Shown here piece by piece: positions 50,008 through 61,197 of a stretch of DNA of 64,000 bases. The DNA is from Ostreococcus lucimarinus (Eukaryota), in the NCBI GenBank assembly GCA_000092065.1, contig CP000593.1. The stretch is one strand, 5' to 3'. The notes beneath the pieces are model-generated. The model saw nothing but the letters and a program-made list of their open reading frames with translations. It was not told the origin of the DNA and did no database searches. Position 1 is the stretch's first letter, and each line of letters starts with the position of its first letter. The position numbers and the translations under genes are program-made.

Positions 50008-52965
50008 CTATGTATTGTGCAGTCGCGATCTTTTCGCGGGCGTGAAGTCGTCGGCCAGCTTGCGGACGGGCGCACGATTCGCCAACGGCGTCGACATCGC
50101 GCCGCCGACGGGTGTCGCGGCGACAATTGCTCGCGGTCCCCCGCGCATCGGCGCGGGCGTGGTGCCGCCCATGGGCGTGCATTTCACTATCGCGGGCGTC
50201 GATAGCGCGCGGTTACCGCTCGGTGCGGGCGTGGCGCCACCTTGGAGAGCTGAATGGCGCGTAACGCCGCGAAACGTTTGCGGTCGCGGATGCGCGAACG
50301 TCGGCTTTTTCAAATCTTTGACGGACACCTTGACTTCCTTCGTGTTGTTCCGCCCACGCGCGAGGTGATGCCAGCCCTCGTGCGGTTTCGCCTTAATTTT
50401 GAGCTTCGGCGCCGGTTCTGCGGGTGCGAGTCTTTCCGGTGCTTTCGGCTTTCTTGGTGAGCGCCTGAGCGCGGGCACGGGAGAAAACGGCGTCAACGCG
50501 ACGGCACTTGCGTCGCCGCCGGCGTCGGGTTCCATGGTCAAGCCGAGATCGCGCTGCAACACTCGCAAAGTGTCTGGTATGAATCCGCTATAGTGTGGAG
50601 TCAACTCTGCCGCCATCAACGAGCGCACGCCCTCGACGCCGCAGGGTTGAAGAAGAAAATGAATCTCGTCCACCAACTTTTGCACAGACTTGACGAGTTT
50701 CTTTTGCTCTTTCTTCGAGATGGCGCGCTCTTCGACAGCCTCGCACGCGTCCGCGCCATTCTCATCGCGCACTTGCGTCACTTTGAGAGAAGCCAACTGC
50801 AGCGCGACGTGCATCTGTAATATGAACTCCAGCCGCTTGGCCGCCTTGGATGAGTGTACACCGACGTACTTTGCCTTGAGCTCTTTTGAATTCTTCGCGA
50901 TTGCGCGTTCGAGTCGCTCGACGAGATTATCGTCTTCGTTCGAGCCCACGCTCAAGCGGAATCGATAAATAATCTTGGCAGCGAAATCATGGAGATTCGG
51001 CTCGTTCAATCCGTCCCCACCTTCGAGCGCGCTGAACGTAGCGACGAATGACTCGTATTCCTCGAGCGCCGCCTGTTCGACATCCCCAGTCCATGGCGGC
51101 ACGTCAGCGTCCATTGCAAACACCGTTAGCGTAGACGCGAGCGATCGTCGCGCTCGTGACTTTCGCGGCGGCGAAACAATGCCATTATGGCGTTTGAGCA
51201 TGTCCTTGAACCGTTCATCGAGATTATTCAAGAGTTCGCCCGCGGTGTCTGAAGATTTCGTCGCTTTATCTTCCACGCGACGCAACATTTCTCGAGTCTT
51301 TGGCACCAAATCGCGCGAGCCGTACCAAGCTTCCAACCGAGAGGCATCTTGTTGCACGCCAATTCGCTGGTCCGCGATGAAAGCTTCCTCAAGGGTGTTC
51401 ACATCGACCGGCATCAGCGGCGCACTTGAGCTCTGCGTCGCAGCGTCCATCGACAACACTTGTTGCGTCAACGCTAAAGAATCCTGCGTCGCCGGAGGTG
51501 ACACAATCTTCTCGCGCACGTCTTCGCGAATCTTCGCGAGCAATACGTGCACATTTTCGAGTGACGCTAAACAATCTCGCCTCGACGCGAGTTTAACAAT
51601 TTCGCTCCGAGCGCTCGCTTTCGCTGCCGACGCGCGCGGGCACAGCTCGCCAGGCGTCGTCTTCAGGGAAGTGACGATGAAGGACGAACACGTCAACGGC
51701 TCTAGAATCGCGATCTGCTCGTGTCTCCCAGCATCGCGTCGGACGACTGCGACTGCGTCTTTTAGTACAAGCATCGCCATAAGCGCACGAATCGGCGAGT
51801 CGTCAAAGCACAAAATGGTTTGCGTTTCAACAGCCAGCGCCGCGGCTGAGGGCGCTTCGGCGCGGTCGATGAAACCGACAATGGCAATCGAACCGTCACC
51901 TCGACCATGATATCGCGCTTGATGGGCTTCGCCTAAGCGATGCGCCGATTGCGAGTCTCGAGTCTCGACGATTATGTCCACCGTACTTGTCGACTCCACC
52001 GTAGTCGTGGACGCGCTCGCCTCGTCACCGCGGCTCAGCGCCGAGAGCGTCGAATACAGCGGCAGCCAGGACGCGAGTCTGCTCGCGACATCGAGCGATA
52101 TCACCGCACCATTCAATTTATGAAACGTCTCTTGCAAGACGTCCGCGAACGCGCCCGTCGGTCCGTCGCCGACGTACAACAAATGCGCTCGAACGCGGTC
52201 TCGCTTGAACTTCTCCTCGATGCCTTTAAACAACTTGGCCACGTGCTTCGCATCAACCTTCGCCGCTTCCGCTTCCGACAGCTCGGGGAGTGCGGTGATG
52301 ATGAATAACGCGCTGTACTTCTCGCCTTCGTCGTCGTCGTCCGCGAAAGTCGCGGCGAATCCGCCGCCCGCGGCGGCGAAATCGTTCGTCGCCGCGCCGA
52401 CGTTCCGCGTCGCGTTCACCAACCAACTCTCGATCGCCCCCCGTCCATCCTCGTCGCTCGCCGCGACGTCGCCGCCGCTCGTAAATGTCTCTAAATACTC
52501 CCCGCACGTCGTCTCGCACGTCCTGAACGCGTCCTCGACGGCGTTTTTGTCGCACCGCCGAAACTTTCCAAACTCATCGCCGCGTCGTCCCGTCGCCTCT
52601 CGCGCCCGCGCGTCGAACGCGTGCGGCGGCACCGACCCATCGCACGCGCGCACGGTAAATTCAACGTCTTCGCCCGCGCGCCCGTCGACGGCGCGTTCGA
52701 GCGCGCGGCGCGCGAAGGTTTTCCAAGTTGAAGATTTAAAATCAGCTCCCGACGTCGACGCCGACTGCGTCGCGCTCGCGCGCTCGCGCGTCGCGCGCGC
52801 GTCGACGAGAAAGTGCACGCGTCGCGGGCGCGCTGTGTGCGCGGCGTCGACGCGCATGTCCCGCGCGCGCGGGTGAGTGACGCGGTGCCTGGATCCGAGC
52901 GCGCTCGACGCGAAGCCGAGCGGCGAGCGGCGAGCACACGCGCTGTCGGCTCGCGGACGCGCCAT
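50008..52965 (-). CDS. Large hypothetical protein (985 aa) with a C-terminal cluster of S/T-P sites
   Basis: ATG at 52963-52965. Continuous ORF. The C-terminus is rich in TPxxGG / STP repeats (STPAIVKCTPMGGTTPAPMRGG...MSTPLANRAPV). No confident family. Confidence 0.55.
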   Translation of the reverse strand: MARPRADSACARRSPLGFASSALGSRHRVTHPRARDMRVDAAHTARPRRVHFLVDARATRERASATQSASTSGADFKSSTWKTFARRALERAVDGRAGEDVEFTVRACDGSVPPHAFDARAREATGRRGDEFGKFRRCDKNAVEDAFRTCETTCGEYLETFTSGGDVAASDEDGRGAIESWLVNATRNVGAATNDFAAAGGGFAATFADDDDEGEKYSALFIITALPELSEAEAAKVDAKHVAKLFKGIEEKFKRDRVRAHLLYVGDGPTGAFADVLQETFHKLNGAVISLDVASRLASWLPLYSTLSALSRGDEASASTTTVESTSTVDIIVETRDSQSAHRLGEAHQARYHGRGDGSIAIVGFIDRAEAPSAAALAVETQTILCFDDSPIRALMAMLVLKDAVAVVRRDAGRHEQIAILEPLTCSSFIVTSLKTTPGELCPRASAAKASARSEIVKLASRRDCLASLENVHVLLAKIREDVREKIVSPPATQDSLALTQQVLSMDAATQSSSAPLMPVDVNTLEEAFIADQRIGVQQDASRLEAWYGSRDLVPKTREMLRRVEDKATKSSDTAGELLNNLDERFKDMLKRHNGIVSPPRKSRARRSLASTLTVFAMDADVPPWTGDVEQAALEEYESFVATFSALEGGDGLNEPNLHDFAAKIIYRFRLSVGSNEDDNLVERLERAIAKNSKELKAKYVGVHSSKAAKRLEFILQMHVALQLASLKVTQVRDENGADACEAVEERAISKKEQKKLVKSVQKLVDEIHFLLQPCGVEGVRSLMAAELTPHYSGFIPDTLRVLQRDLGLTMEPDAGGDASAVALTPFSPVPALRRSPRKPKAPERLAPAEPAPKLKIKAKPHEGWHHLARGRNNTKEVKVSVKDLKKPTFAHPRPQTFRGVTRHSALQGGATPAPSGNRALSTPAIVKCTPMGGTTPAPMRGGPRAIVAATPVGGAMSTPLANRAPVRKLADDFTPAKRSRLHNT

Positions 52966-53025
52966 GAATGAATGAATGCGCGTATCGATACAAACTCTGC
53001 TGGAGTGATCACTAGTAGAAACTTC

Positions 53026-56000
53026 TCAGGATAAATCGAAGCCGCTGCCGGACTTGACGGCGTACATTAATTTTTCGCGCAACGCGTCGTCGGAAGAATA
53101 CGGCGGTAGTTTCAGAAGGTTCATGCACGTCGCGGCGGTGGGAAGCCTGGTCAAGTCCGCGGTCGCGTCGGGGGCGTCCGTGCCCGCGGTACCGCTTCGA
53201 TGCACGCACAGTTTGGGTTCGAGATGCGAAAACCCGAGCAGTGGTGTGTTGCTGCACGAGGTGATGAATTTGAGCACCAAACGTTGGTCGTCTGGGGAAA
53301 TCGTACGCATGACGCGCCACAACGCGCGAATCGTCGGATGCGACGCCTCGTAGCCGCCAGAGTATTCGCAGTTTGCCGCCATGTCATCGATGTCCATGCT
53401 TCCCGTGCGATTACCTGATATGAGTAATCGCAGTTCGGCGGGGGTGAACATGTCGAGCCAACGCTTGCGAACGGCGATGCTAAAGCCCGCCTTCATGCTC
53501 GAAAGTTGGCGGTAGATTTGCGCTCGAAGCAAATAAATCGACATGCAATGAAGGTACCGCGGGACGTTAGCCCTCGTCACCGGTACGCTCGAGCCATTCG
53601 GGATGAGCTCGATCACAGTTTCTTCCATGCCACTTCGATCGATGGCGGTAAAGTACAGACATAAATCCTCGACGTCGCCTTGGTAGCGTTTGAGCGAAAC
53701 CAAGTTGCGATAAAGCTCGGGATCGAGCGTCGTCAGGTCGTTAAACTCGACGTGTCGACCTTTCAGCGAGGCGAGGAAGAAATCAGCGAGTGGAACGTCG
53801 AGAAGAATCCCATCGTAGCACGCTTTGCCGAGGATGGCGCCGAGAAAGTAAAAGTACTGCAAGTGTCGCTCGCCCGCGTGCAACTCAGACGCTGGATTCG
53901 GGTAGAGCGTGCGCTCGGGCGTCTCGACGAACAAGCCGAATTTCGGATCGAACGCTTCCGCAATTAAATCGTTCAAGAAATCTTTGAATAAACCGCCGCC
54001 GTCGACGCCAGCCTCTTCGAGCCCTTGCTGATTGATGAACTGCACGCGAATGATTCCGCCGAGCGTCTCTGTGAGCTTATCCGAAAGACCGGCGATGCCG
54101 TCTTCGAGCAAGTGCCCGCGTCTTACGCGAATCGTGGCGTAACCAACGGCGCCCATTTGACGCTCGCGACGACGGACGTCCATGAATTTGTGCACGCGCA
54201 CTTCGAACGGTACCAAACACGGTGCACCGCACAAAAGCATCGACGCGCGCGATTTTGCATCGCGGGCCTCTTGCAAAAGCGTTGGGATGTCCACTTGGGC
54301 GTCGCGCACTTGAAACTCGAGCGGGTTCATAAATTGATGACGCCCGTTGCGATCGTGCAGGCGCGCGAGCGCTATAGAACACGCGTGCCATGTCTCCGCC
54401 TCGAAATATTCGTCGATGAAAGACAGCGCGTTTAAAGGTGTGCCATCCGGACCCCGTTCAACCCACAGCAACGTCCAGAGCGTGTCTCTTAAAAATGCGA
54501 CGAGACGCGTCGTCGCCTCGAGACCGAGCGGTTTTCCCAGACGATAAAATTCTTCATCGTCGGAAATAGCGGTGTAGGTGTTGTACAACTTTGCGAAAAC
54601 GCCCAAGGCTCTGCGGAACGAGCGTTCTTGCCCACCTCCGGAAGTTTGCCTCCAATGCTCGAGGGCGGGCCAAAGTTGAGCGATGCAATCCGTGCCAAAC
54701 GTGAGCACGCGCGTGAACGACGCTCGCTCGGCGCCTCTGAGCACCATGTCGCACGCGCACGCGAAATGCGTGAACCCTTCGATGCCTACTAAGCATCGCT
54801 GCGCGTCGTTCGCAGGCATGATCGTTGTGACGAGTCGCGCGACACACGCGTTGTCGCCGAAGAATTCGCGCGTTTGCATCCACGTCCTCGTGGCTCGCAC
54901 CGCCTCCATGTCCACGTCAGGGGGCACGCGTCGAATTTTACGCGCCTCCGCGCGCACGGCGCGAAGATTGAGTAAGTCAATCTTGACGCTATCGTCGTCG
55001 TCGTCGTCGTCGTCCGCACCGCCCTCGTCATCGTCTTCGTCCTCCATCGCGTTCGGCGTTGTGGCAAAGAGCGCGCCGCTCAAAACAGACGACTCCATGA
55101 GTTTTGTCACCGCGACGACGACATTCTGTGACTGCGAAAAGTCCATCGTACCTATGAACGTTTTCGTGAGTTGCAACACGTTCCCGAGCGCGGCGTCGAC
55201 GCCGCTCAGCGGCGTCTCGAGTGCGACGGTAGCCACCGAGTCGACGTGACGATCAGACTTGAACGCGTCGACGACGAACGACCACAAATCTCTCGAATGA
55301 ATCTCCGGCCCGAACGTGTCCCACACCCCGGGTATCGTCGCGAGCATCGACGCGAGCGCACCACTCGCGTCGTCACCGCTACACCGCGCGATGTTTTCGC
55401 ACGTCCTAAGCATCGCCGCCCGAACGACGTCGTCGCGGCGACTTTGATTTCTCAAAATATCGAGCAAAATCTCTCGCACATCTTCCAAACCATCGTTCGA
55501 GCACAGAGTCGCGCACAATTGAACGCCAGTATCTTTCCATCTCGCGTCATCTCTCGCCATGAGCGCCAACAAAGCGCTCGCTAAGTGCGTCTCCGCGACG
55601 TCGCGTCCAGTCGTCTCCTCCAAGCGCGTCGTCGCTCGAAGCGACCCCACGATCAACCGCACCATCTTCCGCATCCTAATCACCCATCGCGCGCGCTCCA
55701 CGCCCGACGCCCGCATCGCGTCGTCCCATCTCTCCACGAACGCCTCGCTCGGCGCCACGCTCGTCGTCGTCGTCGCCGCCGCGTACAACCGTTCACACGC
55801 CGCCGCGCACGCCGCCCAATCTCTCCATCCATCACCAAAATACACCAAAGCCCTGCACGACGCGTCATCAACCATCACACCTTCGCTCGCGTTCGCGTAC
55901 GCTTCCCTCACCGCCGCTTTCGCGCGTCTAACCTCCCGCGCGCCTCGTCGAAACCGCTGCGCCGTCGCCGTCGCCGTCGCCGTCGCCCTCTGCGCCGCCC

Positions 56001-56124
56001 TCCGCTCCCGCGCCTCGCGCGCGCTCTCGATCAGCGCCCGCTGCGTCGACGGTTCATCCTTTCGCCGTCCTCCGAGCGAGATGTGTCGCTTTTTCGTCGT
56101 CGATCCGTCGAACACCGGCGCCAT
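53026..56124 (-). CDS. HECT-domain E3 ubiquitin ligase (UBE3C/HUL5-like) with an N-terminal IQ-like motif
   Basis: ATG at 56122-56124. The C-terminal HECT domain carries its catalytic Cys in ...ATCMNLLKLPPYSS. The N-terminus reads ATAQRFRRGAREVRRAK. Confidence 0.85.
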   Translation of the reverse strand: MAPVFDGSTTKKRHISLGGRRKDEPSTQRALIESAREARERRAAQRATATATATAQRFRRGAREVRRAKAAVREAYANASEGVMVDDASCRALVYFGDGWRDWAACAAACERLYAAATTTTSVAPSEAFVERWDDAMRASGVERARWVIRMRKMVRLIVGSLRATTRLEETTGRDVAETHLASALLALMARDDARWKDTGVQLCATLCSNDGLEDVREILLDILRNQSRRDDVVRAAMLRTCENIARCSGDDASGALASMLATIPGVWDTFGPEIHSRDLWSFVVDAFKSDRHVDSVATVALETPLSGVDAALGNVLQLTKTFIGTMDFSQSQNVVVAVTKLMESSVLSGALFATTPNAMEDEDDDEGGADDDDDDDDSVKIDLLNLRAVRAEARKIRRVPPDVDMEAVRATRTWMQTREFFGDNACVARLVTTIMPANDAQRCLVGIEGFTHFACACDMVLRGAERASFTRVLTFGTDCIAQLWPALEHWRQTSGGGQERSFRRALGVFAKLYNTYTAISDDEEFYRLGKPLGLEATTRLVAFLRDTLWTLLWVERGPDGTPLNALSFIDEYFEAETWHACSIALARLHDRNGRHQFMNPLEFQVRDAQVDIPTLLQEARDAKSRASMLLCGAPCLVPFEVRVHKFMDVRRRERQMGAVGYATIRVRRGHLLEDGIAGLSDKLTETLGGIIRVQFINQQGLEEAGVDGGGLFKDFLNDLIAEAFDPKFGLFVETPERTLYPNPASELHAGERHLQYFYFLGAILGKACYDGILLDVPLADFFLASLKGRHVEFNDLTTLDPELYRNLVSLKRYQGDVEDLCLYFTAIDRSGMEETVIELIPNGSSVPVTRANVPRYLHCMSIYLLRAQIYRQLSSMKAGFSIAVRKRWLDMFTPAELRLLISGNRTGSMDIDDMAANCEYSGGYEASHPTIRALWRVMRTISPDDQRLVLKFITSCSNTPLLGFSHLEPKLCVHRSGTAGTDAPDATADLTRLPTAATCMNLLKLPPYSSDDALREKLMYAVKSGSGFDLS

Positions 56125-56802
56125 TCGTTCGCGAGTTTACCAAACTGTGTCAATCGAGATTCACAATCGCCGACCGCGCGCGACGCGCCGCGCGCCGCGC
56201 GACGTCGGCGCGTCCGCGCGACGCGCACCGACGCGTCGACGCGCGTCGACGCGCGATTCGCGCGCGATTCGTGCGCGCGCGCGCGAATGCCGGCGGAATG
56301 ACGCGACGCAATCGTCACTCGCCGACGCATCGGCCGCGCGCGCCGCCATGGCGTCGCGCGCGACGACGCGCGACGTCGACGACGGCGGCGTGTTATTCCC
56401 GCGGTGCGTTACGCCGACGCGCTCTCGCGCGCGCGCGCGTCGACGCGCGACGACGACGCGATGATGACGCGACGAGGGCGCGCCGACTGACGCGACGAAT
56501 CGACGAAACGACGCGCGCAGAGTGACGCATCAGCGCATCGACGTCGACGTGAGGCGCACGAAACGCGCGCTTCGCGGCAGGACGACGCTGACGTGCGCGG
56601 GCGCGGACGGCGCGTTCGCGGGCGCGCGGGTTCGCGCCGAGGGGTTGAAGATCGCGTCGTGCGCGATAAACGGTGCGAGACGCGCGAGGCGAAGCGACGA
56701 CGACGACGACGACGACGAGCGATTCGAACGATGCAAACGATGCGATGCGACGCGATGCGACGCCGCGACGAGAGGAGGCGCGAGCGGGGAGACTGACGGG
56801 TG

Positions 56803-59800
56803 ATGGATGGAATTCGACGCGCGCCAGGCGTGGAGTGTCGAGCGACGAAGACGAAGACGAGTAAACCGACGATCGGGACGAAGACGGCGCCGAGCGATGC
56901 GTTGAGCCTGGCGAAAGACGTGCGGACGTATTTGGAGTCTGAGAGTAACTTGGACGGAGAGGAACACTCGAGGGAGGTGGTGATCGCGCCGGTGAGCGGG
57001 GAGAAGATTGAGGCTCGAGCGCGAGGCGCGGCGAACGGGGAGTCGACGTCGGCGACTACGGAGAAGGAAATCGTGATTGAGATCGAGTACGAAACGGACG
57101 AAAGCGCGATGGGAATCGCGGCGGATGAATCGTACTTTTTGTGCCCGGGGGCGTCGAGGCGGCCGGCGTGTTGGTTTCCGTGCGTCGAGCGAGGGGACGT
57201 GCTGACGACGTTTGATTTCTCGGTGAGCGCGCCGAGGGATTTGCAAGTCATCACGTCCGCGCATTGGGATCGCGTCGAGCGGTGCAACGACATCGATGAA
57301 GACGAAGACGGCTTTAGGCTGCGACATCACTTCACGGGGATGTATCCGACGTTTGCGCACGAAATGCGATTGATTTGTGGCAGGTTCAAGGCGGTGTCGA
57401 GCCCGATCAAAGGCGTGACTTTGTTCGCTCCCAAAGACGGCGATTACGCCGAGCGCTTGGAGATCGCGGCCGCGGGTGTGAGTAAGGCTATCGTGGCGTA
57501 CGAGGAATATCTCGGGCATCCGTACCCTATTTCGTGCTTGAATATCGTCTTCATGCCGGACGAGTACGTGGGAGCGCGCGATAGCTTGGGCGCGTGCATG
57601 AACATTCACTCGGCTAAATGGTTGATAGACCCGACGCTCAACACGGCTTTGCTCGATGCGCGCGTGCATATCGCCACCGCCATCGCGCGACAGTGGTTCG
57701 GGGGCGTCGTCGTCCCGGCGGATACCACGGACTGTTGGGTCGTGGAAGGACTGGCGCAGTATCTCGCCGGCGCGTATGTGAAAAAGTTGACGGGATTGAA
57801 CGAACTGTCGTTCAGGCGCATGCGCGACATGCAATTGACGGCGCGGATGGACGACGGTGAATCACTCCCCCCTCTCGCCAGTCGTGCGGCGCGCATTTGG
57901 CGCGCCGGACAGTACGCCGGCCCCGACCTTGCCGCCGGCGGGACGCCGAAGCCACTCTCGGCGAGCGTCGAGCGCGGGTTGCAAGCCAAGGCGGTGACGA
58001 TCATTTACATGCTCGAGAAACGCCTCGGGCCGGATGTCATGCAGAAGGTGTTGAAATATTTCGCAGGATTGCATGTTCGTAGAAATAAGAAGGAGGGCGG
58101 GACGCGCGCTGGTCCCTCCGCGGAGGTGCTGTCGAGCAACGCGCGTTGGATTCACACGCTGCAACTCTTCGATCACTGCCGCGCGACGGTCAACTTGGGC
58201 AAAGGTGAGGTGAACTCCTTCTTAGAACGCTGGGTGTATGGCGCGGGCACGCCGAAGCTGTGCGTTGGATACGTTGTGAAACGTAGGAAAAACGTCATGG
58301 AGTTTGCGGTCAAACTCGAAGGGAGCGTCGCGGCGGCGGCGGCCGACAGAGCGGCACTCGCCGTCGCCAGAAACCATCGCACTTCGGTCACCGTGCGCAT
58401 GCGCGAAGAGAACCGCCCGGATGCGAACGATCACGTCGTATCGCTAGGACATTCTGCTTGGCAGTTGATGGAGATTCCTCTGCAACCGAAAATCAAAGAT
58501 CGTCGCCCGAAGACAATCATCGAATCTGGAGGTGACCCCGAACTCATCGCCGCGATGGATTGTCCGGTACGATACGTCCGCGTGGACCCGGAATTCGAGT
58601 GGATGGGCAACATAGAACAAAGTGCGAAGCAGGTCGGGTTAGAGTCGATGATGGCGCAGATGCTGGAGAAAGAAAAAGACATCGTCGCGCAAACCATCGC
58701 CGTGGAATTTCTCGGTCGCCGCGTCGCCAACGGATCCGTGAGCGCAGTTCTCGTGCTGGATAAGTGTCTGAACTCTGAGGATACCTTCTGTCGCGTGCGC
58801 GCCGAAGCAGCGCTAGCGCTCGGCAAAAGTGCGAGCGAGAAAACGCAATGGGGCGGATTGAACGCGTTGATTCGGCATTACAAAAAGTTTCAGTGCGACG
58901 CCAACACGGGAAAGCCGAAACAAAACGACTTTAGAGACCTCGCGAAAGTCATCGTTGACGAAGCCGTCATCACGGCGCTTGGTTACGTCATGGATAACGG
59001 AATCACCCATCAGGATGCGCTCGAGGCTATCGTTGCCCGACTAAAGTATAACGACAACGAGGGCAATCCGCAGAGTGATGACGGATTCGTGGCGACGTGC
59101 ATCGCCGCGCTCGGCCGCTGCGTTCCCGCGGATGGCAAGCAACTGCAAACCGTCATGCAGACGATTCATTACTACATTCGGCGTGATGACAGATTTCCAA
59201 GCGACGACCTTTGCGTGACGTGCGCTGGAATCAGAGCGTTAGGCTTACTCGCTTCGACGATCGACTCGAAAGAGCTCCGCGCCGACGCCGAACACGTCGC
59301 CAAACTTGGATTCGCGCTCGGTAGACAATCCACCGTGCTCGCTTCCGCGGACACGATGATGTACCTTCGCTTCGTCGAAACTAAGAGCGAGATCGAAGCG
59401 CTCAAGTACATGCTTGAACGATCGGCGCAAGAGTCTGCGGCGACAAAGGCTGCCATGTTGTGGAGCGCGTGCGAGTACTTGCAATCCGTCGCCGGGGCGG
59501 ATTCTTTGAAGGGCGTCTCGAAGCCGATATTGGCCGACCTCCGTGATCTCGTGCTAAAGGGCGGAAGCGAAATTGCGAGCGCGGCGTTTTCGATCCTCGC
59601 CACGCTCGCTTCGCAAGATGAGAGCCTGAGTGAGATTCGAGAATCCATCGCCGAGGCGATTCGGCGCGCGGGCGATCAAGTCCCAGTCGGCGTCGATGTC
59701 CACGCCGCGCACGCCGCGCCAACGGCTGAGGATGAAGTCAAGCGCGCGGAGAAGGAAGCTAAGCGTGCTCGGAAGCGAGAACGCGAGCGCTTGCGACAAG

Positions 59801-60141
59801 CCGCGCGCGCCGAGGTAGACTTGAAAAACGCTGAACAGCGTAGAATCGACGCCGAGGCGGCGTTTGTCGAACAGCAAGCGGAACACGTACAAGACGACAA
59901 GACGACCGTCTCCGAGCGCACGGCGACGATGATGGGATCAGAAGGCGACGCCACGCCTCAAGGTGGTACTCCGGTGGGTGGCCTGAAGCGCGCGAGAGAT
60001 CAGAATCCGAGCGTCACGCAGTTTGCCGTGGAGCCTGCGGCGCCCGTCGCGACGGAGGACGCCGCGCCCGCCGCGACGGAGGACGCCGCGCCCGCGAAGA
60101 AGCTCAAACTTTCGTTCAAAATTAAAAAACCCACGACGTAG
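56803..60141 (+). CDS. TAF2: TAF2-like protein (TFIID subunit with an inactive M1-aminopeptidase fold) and a charged, Lys-rich C-terminus
   Basis: M1-like N-terminal domain with CWFPC (RRPACWFPCVERGD); degenerate zinc site IATAIARQWFGG where HExxH is expected; HEAT-like middle; coiled, charged tail KRAEKEAKRARKRERERL. Confidence 0.65.
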   Translation: MDGIRRAPGVECRATKTKTSKPTIGTKTAPSDALSLAKDVRTYLESESNLDGEEHSREVVIAPVSGEKIEARARGAANGESTSATTEKEIVIEIEYETDESAMGIAADESYFLCPGASRRPACWFPCVERGDVLTTFDFSVSAPRDLQVITSAHWDRVERCNDIDEDEDGFRLRHHFTGMYPTFAHEMRLICGRFKAVSSPIKGVTLFAPKDGDYAERLEIAAAGVSKAIVAYEEYLGHPYPISCLNIVFMPDEYVGARDSLGACMNIHSAKWLIDPTLNTALLDARVHIATAIARQWFGGVVVPADTTDCWVVEGLAQYLAGAYVKKLTGLNELSFRRMRDMQLTARMDDGESLPPLASRAARIWRAGQYAGPDLAAGGTPKPLSASVERGLQAKAVTIIYMLEKRLGPDVMQKVLKYFAGLHVRRNKKEGGTRAGPSAEVLSSNARWIHTLQLFDHCRATVNLGKGEVNSFLERWVYGAGTPKLCVGYVVKRRKNVMEFAVKLEGSVAAAAADRAALAVARNHRTSVTVRMREENRPDANDHVVSLGHSAWQLMEIPLQPKIKDRRPKTIIESGGDPELIAAMDCPVRYVRVDPEFEWMGNIEQSAKQVGLESMMAQMLEKEKDIVAQTIAVEFLGRRVANGSVSAVLVLDKCLNSEDTFCRVRAEAALALGKSASEKTQWGGLNALIRHYKKFQCDANTGKPKQNDFRDLAKVIVDEAVITALGYVMDNGITHQDALEAIVARLKYNDNEGNPQSDDGFVATCIAALGRCVPADGKQLQTVMQTIHYYIRRDDRFPSDDLCVTCAGIRALGLLASTIDSKELRADAEHVAKLGFALGRQSTVLASADTMMYLRFVETKSEIEALKYMLERSAQESAATKAAMLWSACEYLQSVAGADSLKGVSKPILADLRDLVLKGGSEIASAAFSILATLASQDESLSEIRESIAEAIRRAGDQVPVGVDVHAAHAAPTAEDEVKRAEKEAKRARKRERERLRQAARAEVDLKNAEQRRIDAEAAFVEQQAEHVQDDKTTVSERTATMMGSEGDATPQGGTPVGGLKRARDQNPSVTQFAVEPAAPVATEDAAPAATEDAAPAKKLKLSFKIKKPTT

Positions 60142-60194
60142 GTAGACTATGAATACACACGATGCTACATTAGCGCACAACTCGAACGAACGCG

Positions 60195-60914
60195 TCATTG
60201 AATCTTCGACTGATCCTTCCACAGGCTCGGCAAGCGCGACCAGCACGCGTTGATCGGATCCGGAATCACCCGCAACCTCGCCGGCCGCGTCGCGTACAGC
60301 GCGATCGCGCACATCATCACATCCGCCCTCACGAACGCGCTCACTCCACTCAGCGCCATCGCCGCGTACATCGTCGCCGCGCTCACCGTCCTCGACCGCC
60401 ACTCCGCCACGCTCGCCGCCCGTTCCGCCGCCTTCGCCGCGCGTTCCATCAACACCGTCGCGTCTTTCGCCGTGAACTCCATCACCGGCGCCGTCTCTTC
60501 CGTCTCATTCTCGCCGCCGCCCTCGCCGCGCATCAGCGCTCGCCGCAGATCCGCGCGTCGTTTTCCGTCTCGCGTCGCCAGCGCGCACGCCGCCGCCAGC
60601 GCCGCGCACGCCGCGTTCGGCCGCGCGATCGCCGCCACCATCGCCGCTCGCACCGCGATCGCCGCGACGACGCCGCCGCGTCCATCGAGCGCGTCTCTGA
60701 CGAACGCGATCGCGCGTCGGAACGGGCCGAGCGCGACGCAGATCTCGCGCGCGCCGGCGTCGACGTGCTCGAGGGTGAAGATCGCGCGCTCGGCGGGGAG
60801 CACGACGTCGACGGTGACGCCGGGCGCGGGTTTCGGCGCGGACGCGCGCGCGGGGACGGCGGCGCGCGACGGCGCGGACGCGGTCGCGGTCGACGCGGAC
60901 CGCGCGGACGACAT
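60195..60914 (-). CDS. Hypothetical 239-aa protein
   Basis: ATG at 60912-60914. Ala-rich protein with a hydrophobic C-terminal region. No family assigned. The overlapping plus-strand arginine-rich ORF is judged artefactual. Confidence 0.3.
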   Translation of the reverse strand: MSSARSASTATASAPSRAAVPARASAPKPAPGVTVDVVLPAERAIFTLEHVDAGAREICVALGPFRRAIAFVRDALDGRGGVVAAIAVRAAMVAAIARPNAACAALAAACALATRDGKRRADLRRALMRGEGGGENETEETAPVMEFTAKDATVLMERAAKAAERAASVAEWRSRTVSAATMYAAMALSGVSAFVRADVMMCAIALYATRPARLRVIPDPINACWSRLPSLWKDQSKIQ

Positions 60915-61197
60915 GCGCGACGGTGTGACGCGGCGCTCGACATTTTTGTGAATTTTTGTGAATTTTTGCGAATCCGGGCGCTCGAGCGCGCGTGCGCGCG
61001 CGAAAACGCGGAACGAGGCTGAAAATCGATGGTCGACGATACGATGGTGCTTTCGTAAGACTACAGCGCGCGCGCGCGATTCACGCCATGCCTACCACCG
61101 TCACCAGCGGGCGCGTCTCGACGTCGTCGTCTCCGTACCGGCTCGTACCGGCTGGTACCGGATTGCCGCGCCGTAACCAGCCGACGCTCGGGACGCG

